Assembly: GCA_030141605.1 (NCBI GenBank)
Contig: JAQGDQ010000005.1
Location: forward strand, 1 to 64,000
Reading direction: 5' to 3'
DNA from: Tubiluchus corallicola
Taxonomy: Eukaryota > Animalia > Priapulida
DNA length: 64,000 nucleotides
The notes beneath the pieces are model-generated. The model saw only the letters and a list, made by a program, of their open reading frames with translations. It searched no databases and had not been told where the DNA came from. A program made the position numbers and the translations under genes. Of this stretch, positions 28,665-42,050 are shown one piece after another (position 1 is the first letter of the stretch; each line of letters opens with the position of its first letter).

Positions 28665-28811
28665 ATGTCCCCGAAGCCAACGAGCGTTAAAACAATAAGT
28701 TGCATGCGAGCAGGGGAAACCATAGGCCCTGCGCCACCTGGTACTCAATCTGATGTACTAGCTGCTATTGGGAGACGCACTAGTGATGAGAAAAATGTGG
28801 ATTATATTCGC
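28665..28811 (+). CDS. PRDM8: PRDM8 coding exon 1 (N-terminal part of PR/SET domain)
   Basis: ATG at 28665 opens MSPKPTSVKTISCMRAGETIGP...DEKNVDYIR, resembling PRDM8 TSVYTTCDIPENAIFGP...KRTVPYIFR; ends at a GTAAGT donor, phase 0. The start codon is uncertain (in-frame TAG at 28620; an upstream exon spliced to AG 28621-28622 is possible). Confidence 0.8.
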
Positions 28812-30575
28812 GTAAGTAAGCCTTGACCAATCATTCGAGTTTCTTCCTTTTAATGCAGTATTGCTGCAATATTCACTGTATTATCATCAAATTATTATCG
28901 TTAGTTTATGTATTGAAAAGTGTCTCCTTTCACTATTTTGTCTACTTATTGAAGTTAACAGTTATATAAGTTCACTTTTTAACTTTCGTTTTGTAATTAT
29001 ATAGTTTTAGTTACGAAGAATTCAACGAATAGCGTAAATAAACAAAATTTAATTAGGGATGAAAATTCCACTTTCTGCTTTATGGACTTGAAACATTTGT
29101 GCTTCAGCACTGAACAACTATTATGCATTAATATAATGATTTCATTGAAATGCTATTGGTTAAGTTATTCAGCACACAATTGCTTTTGTAAAAACAGTGC
29201 TGCTTGCTAAATCAGCCGTATATCATGTGATTGAACTAGACCTTTGGCCAAGGGATGGGTTTCAGTGTGTATCATTCTTGCTGTCTACTTTAACAGTTTC
29301 GACAGTCTGACAGGACTGAGATTATGTCTAATAAGAGATACCCGAAATTAGGATTACTGAAGGCTAGTGAGTGTAAGCGTAGAGTCAGTCGTGGTTTGCT
29401 GTTCGAGTTCAGATGGATTTGTGGGAAACAGGTTTCTGTTGAATTGAGCCTGATTCAGTCTATATTGCTTTGTTTGTCATTATAGGCTGTCATTCTAGTT
29501 AGTTGTTCATGTATTTATTGTTACTGTTATTAATATTATTACCAGCTATTACATAATTTTTGGTTTAGTTTTATTTTTATATTTTTATTTTGTTCTTATT
29601 TGCTTATTGATTTATTCGACATTATGCGAACCTATTATTTCTATTTTATTTTATTTTAACTTAAAAATTAAGGTACTTAAGTGTCCTTTTGAATAATTAC
29701 AAACTTGTACTTGTCCACTCGCTAGCATGTAAGGTATGTTCTGAGTGCCAGCAATGCCTGACTTCGTATGTGTAGCTTTTATAGTTTATGAGGTGGAATT
29801 TTGTATTACGTTACTGGACAATAAAACAGATGTTGATAACATTATTCAGCATTATACGTGTTTTGATTAGGCATCATTAATTTCATTTTTATTTTAGCTT
29901 TGACATGTAAGTGTCCACTTACTGTCACTTGACAGGGTGCTTGTATTATAATATTTGACAGCAGCAAAGATAGTTATCAATGGAATCTGGGATTTTTGTT
30001 TTTGCTTTTCCCTTTTTTCATTTTCCATTTCCTCTATTTTTGTTTTTTTTTCTTTTTTCCCTTTTTTCTCCTTTTATTTTCTTTTTTTCCTCTTTTCTGT
30101 ACGTAATAGTTTGCTTGAGAGGATTGTCTAAGAAGAGATGTTCACTGAGCATGTTTGAGGTGGTATAATTTAGGAGAGGTGTTCAGCTTTCGGTTTGTTA
30201 TTACCCTAGCGAGGTTGTGCATCTGGCCACGCCTAACCGGAATGAGGAGCTGTGGCCGAAGTCCTAATCCTCCTCCAGATGACTCCGGGTGTGACGTAAT
30301 GGTGCGTGTGTGCGAGCATGTGCGGTGCTGATAGAGTGTGTTGCCTTGACGAATATGTGTTCTTTTAATTAGGGTTTAATAGCATCATTGTTTTTCGAGT
30401 TAAAATAGATCACTGGTTTCAAGTGAGTCTCTGCACTGCACTCATTTCACTACTGTTTCCCTTTCTCAAACTGTTTCTTCTCCGTTATTCTATATCTATA
30501 AACTTTGCTGCAGATTAAGATTTGCAATTTGTATTGAAATGTGATAAATATTTTAAAGAAGCAGGACACTTTCAG

Positions 30576-30789
30576 GTTGACACGCATGAACGAGAAAGTC
30601 ATTTGGACTGGATGTTAAGGGTCTATTCAGCCAGATGTCCACAGGAGCAAAATCTAGAAGTGATCATTCTGTCCGGAGCTGTGTTCTACAGAGCTATTAG
30701 AGATGTACTAGCTGAAGAAGAACTGCTGGTTTGGTACAGTGAAGAAGTCGCTCAGCTAATTGGACTAAAGGAACTGCCATATTCAAAAG
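30576..30789 (+). CDS. PRDM8: PRDM8 coding exon 2 (C-terminal part of PR/SET domain)
   Basis: TTCAG acceptor, then VDTHERESHLDWMLRVYSARCPQEQNLEV...FYRAIRDVLAEEELLVWYS (PR-domain W..V.SAR..EQNL and EELLVWY motifs); phase-1 donor GTGCCG joins exon 3 in frame. Confidence 0.92.
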
Positions 30790-31183
30790 GTGCCGCATTC
30801 AATATTTTTAATTGCTTTTAGTGTACAGAAATTTTTAACTGGGTGTGTGTATAACCCAGGCTGGCAGCACTGAAAATACATGTTTTATTCTATATATTCC
30901 CATTCATTGTGCATATGCAAATGTATAATAAATAAAAAATAAAATAGCGCCCAATCTGAATCACGTTAAAAGTGTGTGGACAAAAATCTTATGACAAGTG
31001 TTCATTTGATTCTCTACAAGAAATGTATTGTTCTTTAGGTCTTAAATTTAAACAAAAATATTAGAAGTATTTTCAGCTTTATGCAAATACACTTTTATGC
31101 AATACGCGAAGATCATAATCGTCTTCAACAATATCATCTCATCATCACTGTATCAATACACACATTATCGTTGTTCTCGTTGT

Positions 31184-31233
31184 TATGATGATGATGATAA
31201 TGACAATGACAACCATCATGACCGTTCATTATC

Positions 31234-31266
<33 letters not shown>

Positions 31267-31290
31267 AATTATAACCATCATCATCAACAA
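31184..31290. repeat. (GAT)n/(CAT)n trinucleotide tracts in PRDM8 intron 2
   Basis: Direct reading. Confidence 0.85.
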
Positions 31291-31358
31291 TCTCAGAACA
31301 ACTTATTTTAACTATAATCATTAGCTAAAACTATTAGAAAGTTTTTGTCTTTTTCCAG

Positions 31359-32476
31359 GTGACAAGCAGAACATTTGCCCATTTTGCGGAATCTTTTTTA
31401 AATTTCCGTACCCGTTGAGAACGCACATATATTTCTACTGCAAGCGCCTTTACGAAGGAGCCCCAATAAACTATAGCAGCATCAGTATGGCCAAAGCCGA
31501 TTCAGAAGTTCTGAAAGTCGAAGAAGACAGCGACGAAAAGTTCTTGGCGACATTCCCACTTATCAAGAAAAAGAATAACAGCACTAATGGTAAAAGTGAT
31601 TGTTCTAATAACGCAACCTTAAATGATGTTTCTTCGACAGTGAGCTGGAACTTGAAACGTAAGGCAGAGAAACCAGATGAAGATCCAGTAAAAATACTTA
31701 AAAATCGTGATAGTACCGACGAAAGTGATATTAAAGCAATAGATTGTAACGAAAACAGCATACCTAGACTTTCAGACGTTGCCGTACCAAAAATGCCGGA
31801 CACGTCCACGGGCGTCATGACGAGTGCTTTCAAACAAGTTGACAGACAACGACAACGGCTACAGGCTTCACCGGTAGCAGCCACTGGTTCAGTTTCACCC
31901 ATCGCTCAATCATGTAGACAGCTTTACCAACAATCAGAGCTAGCAAAGTCACCCGGACACAAAGCGATTATACCTAACAGCAGTCTATTTTCTCCTAGTC
32001 AGAAGTTCTACATGGGTCAGCTGCCAGATTCTTTACCTATGATGCATCCACAAGGATCAACTAGTCAAGCTTTAGTGCGCGTAAATGCTGATATTGACAT
32101 ACCAGTAATTGGTTCTAATAGAGGGTCAATGATGTCTCCTACGCAATGGATCGCTCCAATAAATCAGACATTCTTATCTTCTAAACAGCTAGGATGTACC
32201 TTGGACACGTTAGCCGCAAGACGGGCGCTTCAGGCTTGGCTCCCCCCAAATGTGGCAGCCCTCGCGTTCAACCCACAGAACTGGTGCGCCAAATGCAATA
32301 CTAACTTTCGGATGACCAGTGACTTGGTCTACCATATGAGAACGCACCACAAACGGGAAACGGATGTGACGAAACGCAGACGTGAAGAAAAACTCAAGTG
32401 CGGCATATGTGGTGAAACTTTTAGAGAGCGACATCATCTGAGCAGGCATATGACTTCACATGCTGAAAAAATGTAG
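31359..32476 (+). CDS. PRDM8: PRDM8 coding exon 3 (C2HC finger, linker, two C-terminal C2H2 fingers)
   Basis: TTTTCCAG acceptor; CPFCGIFFKFPYPLRTHIYFYC, then QNWCAKCNTNFRMTSDLVYHMRTHH...KRRREEKLKCGICGETFRERHHLSRHMTSH, nearly identical to the vertebrate PRDM8 C-terminus as I recall it; TAG at 32474-32476. Joined CDS is 1479 nt (492 aa). Confidence 0.96.
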
Positions 32477-35383
32477 TAACTTTGGTCCAAATTCATTTGG
32501 AGTCCTAACGGAAGCTAAAAAATACATTTCATTATTCAAGCAATGAAAATTTTGCATATTTGTTACTTGTTAAATGTTACATAATTATGGTTGTTGTATT
32601 TATAACTTAACAGCTCGGTGAACTGCATTTAAGCAAAACAAAATTTTTATAAAAACACAAACTTGAAGCATAAAAGATCTTTGTTAAACTATTTCTAGTC
32701 ATACGCGTTAGGTGTAAGGCGCTGACACAGCTTTGATCACCCAGTTATTTTCAAACGACTGAAACTTCACTTATATCATGGTATTTAACCTTTAACAGAA
32801 TTAGAATAGTATTTTAGTTTTTGCGTTACCAAAATTTATTTTTTTAGATTCAGCAATTTTTATTGATTTGCTGTAAAGCACGACAGCGTTGACTCAATTC
32901 CATTCGTGCGTGTGTCGCATTATACTCAAGACGTACCAAAAGAAAAAAATGCACCAGTACAAGCGACTTGAGTTTTCTCTGCTGGAGTAGAATGTGTACT
33001 TATAATTGTTTTTAAGTGTTAAGTAATTATACATGTCTTGCCAGTTTTTCTTGAAATTTTTTACTCTACAATAACTATCGTAGTATTGCACTACACTAAT
33101 TTTAGTTATACTTTTAAACTGGTAAAAATTAATATTCTACTTATTATAGTACTTGCGGCACCATCAATGCTTTCATTTATTAGGCTTATTTAGTTACTAT
33201 TATTAGGCTTTATTAAGTTACTATTATTCAGAATATTATTATTAATATAATTATTGGTGTATGATATGTACATAATAGTTAAACGTTGCATTTCGCGTGT
33301 TATACGAATGTAAGTTTATTAATATACGCTAGATACGCCTGACAGATATTTATTTCCTTTATAGATAACTGCGGATATCTATCGTTGTTATCATAGAAAT
33401 AAATTCAATGAAATGAAATATTTCATTCTTCAATTAGCTTGTTCATTAACTATGACTAATTTGAATGAAATTTACAAAAAGGAAAGCTTGTCATGAATAT
33501 ATAGTCAACATATTGCCGTTAAATGAACTTCACTAAACTGTTACTTACTAGTATTTACAATTTATTTGATATCTTAATAACTAGGTGATCTAGTTCAATG
33601 TACATGCTCGCATAATAATTATTACAGATGCATGTGTATTAAAAACATGACGTAAAATTATTAACATTTTCTACCGATAACGTTTCTTCTCACGTCACTA
33701 CAATGCGTCAGAGGCATGTTAGCGCCCTTTGTATACACGTTGGTAATGCGGGCAGTCAGGCTCACAGGTATAAAAGAATTATCTCTTAAACTGTTAAATA
33801 TTACAAGAAAATGTAATATCTGCTCAGCTGACGGATAGAATGTTTCTTGTCTTTATTTTTTGTCAAAAATTATTTGCTGACGCACTCAACATGTGTAGAG
33901 CTTGCATATAGACATTGTAATAAAATAAAATCTGAATCAGAATAAAAAAAAACGAATGCTTTGAGCAGTTTTCCAAAGTTATTAATTCGTGAACGGCCGG
34001 GCCAAATATCCAAAACGGGTCTCTCATTTTATCCAACGATTTTCGCCTGTATTGTTCGCCTTAAGTAAATAAATAAGCAAGCAAGTCTCTGTAGATGTAG
34101 TTGCATATATGTTTGTAAAACTATGTAAAGTGCAAGTGAAACACGTACTTTAGACCAATTGTTGCACTTATTTTTGTTGGCGTTGTATAATTATAATTAA
34201 ATCGGAAATCATCAGATATGCAAAAGTAATGGGTTCTACTTAAATCTTTTTTAGTCTTTTAGTCACAATAAGCTGCTTAACAGTTTCTCTTCGTAGAGAT
34301 TTTAAAAACACACTTGCAAGTCTTGTTCAAGATATTCCATACTTGTTCCAACTTCGTTCGTCGTTTACCGTCGATCTTATTTCTGTCTTGGAAAAACTAG
34401 ACCATCCTTACCGTATTGTTGGCTGTGCAGTGACTGACAGATGGAAAACCAAATGCATAATTAGTCAGCAGCCGTGGAATATTCTTTAAGGTTTGCATCA
34501 ATCAAAGCTCACAGATGGTGTGGAATAATACTTGCCTAAGTAGACTTCGACAATGGCTCTTGTTGGCTCTATTTAATACGTATTGGAGTGAAATTTATTC
34601 AACACGAGCAACGCCTCGGTGCGCCCTATTGTGCAGATATTTCCACCTAGTTAACCCTTTTATTTGGCCAACAACAAACACGTGAGTCAGTAATAGAAGT
34701 GCAGCAGTATCGTAAATATTACTAGACAATCTCAGTTTTTTCTAATTTCAGTCAAATACCCCGATTAATTAATTCCTTTCTGATTACAAATAGCATAGAC
34801 GATTGCAATTAGTTGTTCTTTCTTGTCTAACGAATGATCTCTTTCACATTTGTTCCAAAAAAGAAATGGAAATGAAAATCGTTTCACTTGAAAAGCAGAT
34901 AACATGATATCAGGCGGCACAAAAAAATGTGTCAAAATTTTGATCACGATACTATAAGATAAAAATAACGGAATCATTTGAAAACTTCCACATCAGTGAT
35001 ATCAGGTGGCAGTAAAAGGCGTTCATGTATAAACACCAATTTTTTTTATTTTCCCTTGATTTGTCCAAAAATATATAAGTCTTAAATCAAAAAGTCAAAA
35101 AATAAAAGCCGGAAAAAATTTGTATCACTATTGTGGAAATATATGGATCATTTTCAATACAAACTAGACGAAGGAGTTTTTTCAACAGCTGGTACGGTTT
35201 CTTACTTCTTTGAGAGATTATTGGTCGCAACTCTCAGCATTTTTTGCTTTTAGTTCATTTGCATCAAATGGCACTGTGTGGCCATTGTACACTTTCTTTT
35301 GAAGGACGTTCCAAATGCTATAATTCAGAAGATTAGGTCAGATATTTTTGGTAGCAAATCTTTACCAGTGCTCTACTTTATCT

Positions 35384-37654
35384 TAGTCCGGCAGCCAAAA
35401 GCTATTTTTGGCCGAACCTTGCATTTTCGGAGTAAGTTTTTTCTCAGCAGTTTTCTCATGGTCCCTCAAGAATATTAAGGGTGGCCCTTTGTCACCCTTG
35501 AGCATTTTGAGATATTGGACTAAAAGTGTTACAATGAAAGAAGCGAGTGTTATGACACATTAAAACTATTACGATAAGGCAAATGAAACTACCACTGACA
35601 TAGAATTAACATTGATACCCAGATTTTGATGTGGAGAATTCTAAAATTGGACTACAATACCTGCACAAAGCATTGATTGCATACAATAATTATTAATTTT
35701 GCGATAATATAATCTATTTTGCTGTATTAGATTGAAGAGAGCCGCTTCATAAAATTATAACTGATATAGTTTAGCAACTGCTAGGAATTTACAAATTTTC
35801 CCACAATTATCAGGAAAACCGCAATAATTAAAACTGCACGATGCTGCTGACCTGCTTTTGTATGTTAGCTAGGCATCTGTGACATGCCAGGATGCAGATT
35901 GACAACATAACTAATGAAAGTCGCAACACAGAAGTGTGGGTGGATAATTTAACAACAGTTGTATTCATTATGATGATGCCTCCATGAGCTAAAAGAAAAG
36001 GCAATTGTCCTCGGCATTTACTTTTCGTCAGAAAAATGATGCCTTACTTTTTCATTACTGGTTTTGCAGTCCGGGTATGGCTTGCGTATCTCAGAATCTC
36101 GAAGTGTCTTTCTTGAGATGTGTTTCCAGATTAAATTTTGTGAAAGGCAATCGTGTCATGAGACAAACAACTGGAATTAAAAAATCATGTGGAATGACAT
36201 ATGTTGAGACAACGTGTATGAGAATGGTCACAGATAATCAAAAGTGACTGGCATCACACTGAAACCAGAAAAAATAAAAACACGGTCTTCGTATTTTTGT
36301 AAAGAAGAATATATCAGGTATGAGACACGATGATATATGTACTGTAGGGCACATGTAAGAAAAAGGCCAATGCCAGTGTAATTGCCCATAATTTAGACAA
36401 GCAAGAATTATGCAAAAAACTAAAAGTTTGTATCAGTCTTGTAGCATTACAAAAATATCTTCAGAATAATTACAAGTAATGTTGTAAATTGGAAGCTTGT
36501 ACGATTATGATTGAATGTAGTCAATTCAGTAACAACAGGTATTGCACTACAAGAAAATGTTGAAAACAGGTAATCACAAGGTTCTACGGGCAACTTAAAT
36601 AAAGTTCGTACGATGGCACTGATGAGGAATTCTATGCAGGAGGAACTTGAGGAATATACATGATACTGACTTATTTTGTTCAAGAATTAAACGACGTCAA
36701 TCAATCAACATAAACATCAGCGAAGTTCTGCCCAATGAATTGTCTCCATTTCTAACATCAACTGGTAATAACTAATAAATTGTTTACCATATCACTTTTC
36801 GCATCACGGCTTGCAGGCGCACATGGTCGTGAAATCGGTGATTGACATTGGTGAGACAGTGAAGAATCATCAAAGCATCGTTCCAGACAGAAGGCCATGC
36901 ACTTACTCAGTGGCAATGTGATTTTGTCACTTTTTAATTTCCTGTAGGAAAGAGAACCATGTTGATGGTATGCAGGCATTCGGGTAATATTAATGCACCT
37001 TGGTTTAGTCAGCCTAATGGAACAGACCAAGCTTCTATGCATACTATGATGGACAAGTATTCTCGAACTGTAGTACCATGTCTGAAACTAGCTGCATGGC
37101 ACATACGATGAATAGAACAGATATTACTAGGACAGCTAGCGCAGATTTACAGATGATCACATGCCCTTGTTTTGGACCAAAGCTCTGAATCAGCAATGAA
37201 TGCAGTTTGGGAAAATGTAACGAATGCCCATTTAAGCATACATGGTTAATGAAATGTTTGCCTGCTAATTTATAAAAGTGATAAAAAATTAAATTTAGTG
37301 GATTAAAAAAGGAGTAACACTTAAACCATTGAGCAAAAACGACCATGAGAACTGCGTCCTGAAATAATGATCTTGGTATCATTCTCGATCAAACTTTTTC
37401 GTGGAGCAAATAAAAATGTAATATATTTTTTTAATGTCCTTCGTGTTAAAAATATTAACTTTACTTTATTTAGTTCTTTTATTTGTAAGATCGTGACAGT
37501 TTTGATTTGTTATAGGGTGCATTTGTTTAATGTAACACGTTTGACTCAATATCTCAAGTTGGTCAACATTCTTAAAGAGGACCATGAGAACATGAGAAAA
37601 CCACTGAGAAAAAAACCCGAAAATGCAAGGTGCACCCCTCTGGCTGCATGACGC
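35384..37654 (+). mobile_element. Degenerate, internally deleted Academ (AcademX-like) DNA transposon
   Basis: Imperfect TIRs (left TAGTCCGGCAGCCA...ACCTTGCATTTTCGG...TTTTTTCTCAG..GTTTTCTCATG matches the reverse complement of 37547-37654). Interrupted frames give WVDNL..VFIMM...R.GN.P.HL..V.KMMPYFF, FVKGNRVMR, ETTCMR, GITLKP (Academ transposase-like) and VIDIGETVKNHQSIVPD/MHLLSG, ENVTNAHL (XPG-like nuclease region). Confidence 0.75.
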
Positions 37655-40600
37655 GTGTTTATCAAAAGCGGTATTTTGGCCAGAGAACAGACCACCCAGT
37701 TTAATGTATATCGGTTAGCCCCGAAATAATTAATTCGAAGTTTGATCACCTCAGTAATTCAAACTTTATATTAATAACATTTGGCACACATTAGCATCGG
37801 TTATTGCTTGCTAATTGTTTACTGATTCTGAAAATCTTCTAGAAGCTTTTGTCAAAAAGGATATGAATGATGGCTATTAAAAAATAAAAGTCAGCCTGAC
37901 ATGTCTTCAACTGAGAAAAAAGCATTGCGTTCATTTGGATCTCAATTGACGCTTTTAAACTTGTTTAGAATATGCTGCATAAAAAACCAAACAAAAGGTA
38001 TCAGTTTCAGGTTTCACTAACATGCTATTTTTCACGCTCAAGTTCGTTGCGGAGTTTAAGGAGCTATTTACTATTTAAAGTAACTTTTATCATTTATAAT
38101 TTGCATGAATTTGTAACAGTAAAAATTCTCGAGTGGACTGAAGGTCTTGTTTGAGTAAATAGGTGAAAAAAACGTTCAATTATCCACATATGTCCCTTGC
38201 CATAATAACACGACTTCAGCGCATAATTACGAAAAGAAGTGTCTGGCCTTTCTGTATGCATTCTCGCTCATTAGCGTCAGTGGGAGGAGTGGGTTAAACC
38301 CACCATTAGGAATAACTCGTTACCTACTACTTTGCACTTCTATGGCTCAATAATAACGTACAAATTGTGATAACAGCTTGAGTGCTCATGGTGAGCCTTT
38401 GAATATTAAATTTCTATAAGCTCAGCAGCGATAGCCTACAAGCAGCAGCTAACAAATTCGAGATTTCAATTGAATTAACTGTTGTTATAAACTTTTCAAA
38501 CTAGTAACTGATAAAGGAAAATGTGCCCATAGGCCGATCACTTAAAAAACTCCCCTTTTTGTTGTCATAATAAACTTGGTAATAAAATGATGTAATTGAA
38601 TTATTACAATGGCACAATTTGATTTTATTATCTCGATTATTACGTATTTCCGATATTTTCATAAAACGGTATTTCTTCATGACGGTAACCATCTAAAAAT
38701 AAATTGCTTTCTTCCAAATTGATAATTTTAAAAATAAACGGAAGCAACTGCAACATGCAAGCCCCGACTAAAATATTAACCCATTAAAATAGTTATGCCA
38801 TTGGTAGCAACATATACTGCGTTTTTTGGAATATGTCATATATATCAATAAAAATATGAACTCTAAAACTAGATGTATTATATTGTTTTTCTGGATTAAG
38901 GATTTTGGACCAAACTTGCACAGGCAATGTGTTCGCTGTTGTCTAGAAAAAGCGAGTTTTTACGAGGATTTAGACAGATTAATTATCCGACATAGCATCA
39001 GAACCAATACAGATTCCCTTCATTGGAAAATTAGGACCCAGTCTAATTTAGAAGATGATAAGAGGCTTAAAAGCTTGGAGGCTCCTTATTCAAGCAAGAT
39101 GCTGTCATTTACGTCTTACAGATTTTCTTCGTTCTGCCTAAGCCAGGCGGTCCTACAGTATTTTTCGGCGAAATATAATACACGTAAAAATAATGGTATA
39201 ACAGCAGTATTTTATTTATCCTGTTGCTATACATAGACCTATACATAGACAATACATATACAATAGCAAGACCTATTTGATACTGTGTCAGTTATCGAAA
39301 AATTATAATGATTTTGATTTAACTAAAACGCAATAGAAAAGCAAAGAGCGAGCTTCATATAAAAATATAATTAACTGAAAAGAAAACGCAAGAAACGCCA
39401 ACTTTCATGCACAAGTCTGCTCGTAGCTCGAAAGCTTCGTTGTTTTTCTAACTGTTATTTAAAAGCAACTATCCTTTTCGTCATTATGCAAGACTTAAGA
39501 TGTATGTCTGCAGGTTTGTCAACCAGAATGTAGGCAAAATGACACAGGTAAAAATGGTCAAAATAGAAAAGTAAAAAATGGCACGTATGTTATTTTGATA
39601 AAAATAATTTCCATAATAAGGCTAAAGGTAAAAAATAATTAGAATAATTATCTGTAACAGTACACTAACTCTTCGTTTATTAAGTGTGCCATTTCCTATT
39701 TTTTCATTTATGTCCTTCATTCCTGCGCCATTTTTCCTGTGCATTTTACCAATGAATTTTAATGATTTGTCTGCTGGGTTAGTAAGTATTTTGTACTTGT
39801 TCGTGTTCACCGATTGATATTTTTTCTACCTCCCAAAAAGGGACAAATAGAATATAATACACTGTCTATTTTACAGATGTTGAACTCAAATAAAACTGCG
39901 ATGACGACTCTAAACCCTGCAGCAACGAGAACAATTCTCTTTTACGTATGCAAAGTTGTGCACATTATTCGTACATTTCTTATAAATAAGTTTTGGTACC
40001 GAAATTGATTCAGGACCATATAGCATCATATATAATACATATTATGTATAAGGCTAGAGCGAAAAAGATAAAGTTATTAAAGTTTAACATACTACGGGAA
40101 AGTCTTTCAGCGTGAAAAACATGATCCTGTAAATTAATGCCGAAACGCGGGAACCACGCACTTTCATTGTATGCAACGTGCTCATTATAAATTTTAATTT
40201 AGTTTGGCTATCATAATGACTCCTATTTAGCTTAATTAAAGTGAGAAGATTTTCATAATCTGTCAAAGCAAGCCGAAGCAGCATCATAATAACAATAATT
40301 ATGATTATGATTAAAGTAATGTTCTTCTGCGACATTTCGCATTTTGCCTGGCGCTTTTCTATTGATATATTGGCTTTGAATTTTGAAAATATTGGCCCCT
40401 GAGAGAGACTGAAGTTTTGTTTCAACGAAAGCGGCAGGTGCAGAAGCAGCTCTTGCTAATGAGAAAAATGTGTAAAACGACATTAAATAGCAATAACTTA
40501 CTTTGAAGTGTGAATGCTTAGGGGAGAGGAATTGAAGTGTGTATGCGTATTTTGTCGGTAATTAGACGATATACTGCCCGTTTATTATAAGTGTATATCT

Positions 40601-41499
40601 ACAGGATTCGCCATTACTTAATGTTTATCACTAATTATTTCAAAGTTATGTGAATGTATTGGTCCAAAAGCCCTGAAGAAGTTAGTACATAATAAACTAC
40701 AAAAAGCTTTGGTGCTTGGATGTGTAGTACTAGTCTAGGCATTCATAAAACTGCCTGTCTTACAAGGAGCTGTTGGCGCTTTTGGTAGTAGGGCACCAGG
40801 AGGACCTCCCCTCCCAAAGGGACCAACCCCGCAGATAATTTTGCTGCCAAACTGTATTGTAACCTTTAAAAAATGTCTAATTTGGCGAGGTTGGCTGTTG
40901 TGAAGACTTTACCCCAAAATACATAATTCCAGTCATTTATCATAGGTTACAATGTCCTGCATTACAAAACACAAATGACGCTGGGTGGACTGGGACTGTG
41001 CAACCAAAGTTTGGCTACAATCATGCTATACAGAAGTATAAATTTTGAGCGACAGTAAGTATGTTCACTAGATTTTAAATGTCATAACTTATATGAGATT
41101 CAATAACTCATCTGTGATGAGGCAGTGAACTGTTTTCATGTTACATAAATCCTTGTATTTTAGGTAAGACGGAATGTATTGTTTTATCTTGTCACTCTTA
41201 TAGACAGACATAATGAACTACAATAAACAATTTATCTTTACTGGCACTTGACAGTGCATACGATTTATTGGATGACTAACAATTCATTTCCTACTCAAGG
41301 TACCAGTAGGGCGGTTAACTTTGGTAATTACACAACAGCCCTTGCTGTAATTGCAAGAGGTAAGCTTGGAGGTCTTGGATATTTTGGAGGTCTCTGAAAG
41401 TGTCGTCTGGAAAGAATGTCGTCTGGAAAGTGTCGTCTTGTGCAATAGAAAGATAGAAAGCAAATTGCTCAATGGTCTGCAGGACATGTTCATTAATTT

Positions 41500-42050
41500 C
41501 TGTTGCAAAGGTGGAGCAAATATCTGTAAGGGTCTGTCAGCTGAGATAGTGATATCCACACTGTCCAATGTGTTTTCAATAACTGGCATGTCTAATAAAG
41601 CAGGAGATGAGGTTATAGTCAATTATGACATGAAACGTTGATACCTCTGAATCGGAAAGACTTATCTGCACCGAAGGACACCCACACGTTGTCATCTTCC
41701 TCAACGGTGTGCAGCAGAGGACCACTTGAAGACTGTGTCAATTATGCGAATCTAGATTTTTTGCGCCCATTGTTGGTTGCATGGCTGACGACTTCTTCGC
41801 AGTTGCAAGGAGACAACACTGTGGTATTTGGCAACGGTGGTTACCCAAGACTGTATCTTCATTAATGATGACTTTCTGCCTGTCTTCAATAGCGAATGAG
41901 TCATCGAATACCTTAAACAGAAAGCTGAACAACTTTGCCTCCTCCTTCTCACCCTTTTCACAAGCCTGGCTCTGACTTTGTACTCTTCAGTGAATCTTTA
42001 GAGCAGTGACCACACACCAGGTCCAGATTAAATTTTTTGAAAGAGTACAA
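41500..42050 (-). mobile_element. Possible highly decayed CR1-like LINE ORF2 fragment
   Basis: Overlapping short frames with weak resemblance to the inter-domain region of CR1 ORF2 (EDTVLGNHRC, ENTLDSVDIT); no diagnostic RT motif seen. Confidence 0.25.

Noticed and set aside
30224-30258. GGCCAC...GTGGCC with a CTCCTC interior as an HDV-like ribozyme
   Set aside because: Could not build the P2, P3/L3 and P4 elements with valid lengths; the hairpin near 58458-58482 fails for the same reason.
31471-32449. Antisense ORFs (143 aa, 79 aa)
   Set aside because: Shadows of PRDM8 exon 3.
37856-37864. ATATCCTTT on the - strand (perfect AT-AC U12 donor)
   Set aside because: No adjoining exon or matching branch point and acceptor found; a 9-mer can occur by chance in AT-rich DNA.
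38826-39236. 136-aa ORF
   Set aside because: Non-ATG start, no recognisable motif and no supported splice partners.
40672-40712. CTGAAGAAG...CAAAAAGCTT as a second hammerhead
   Set aside because: The GAAA core reads AAAA and stems I and II are poor; at best a dead relic.
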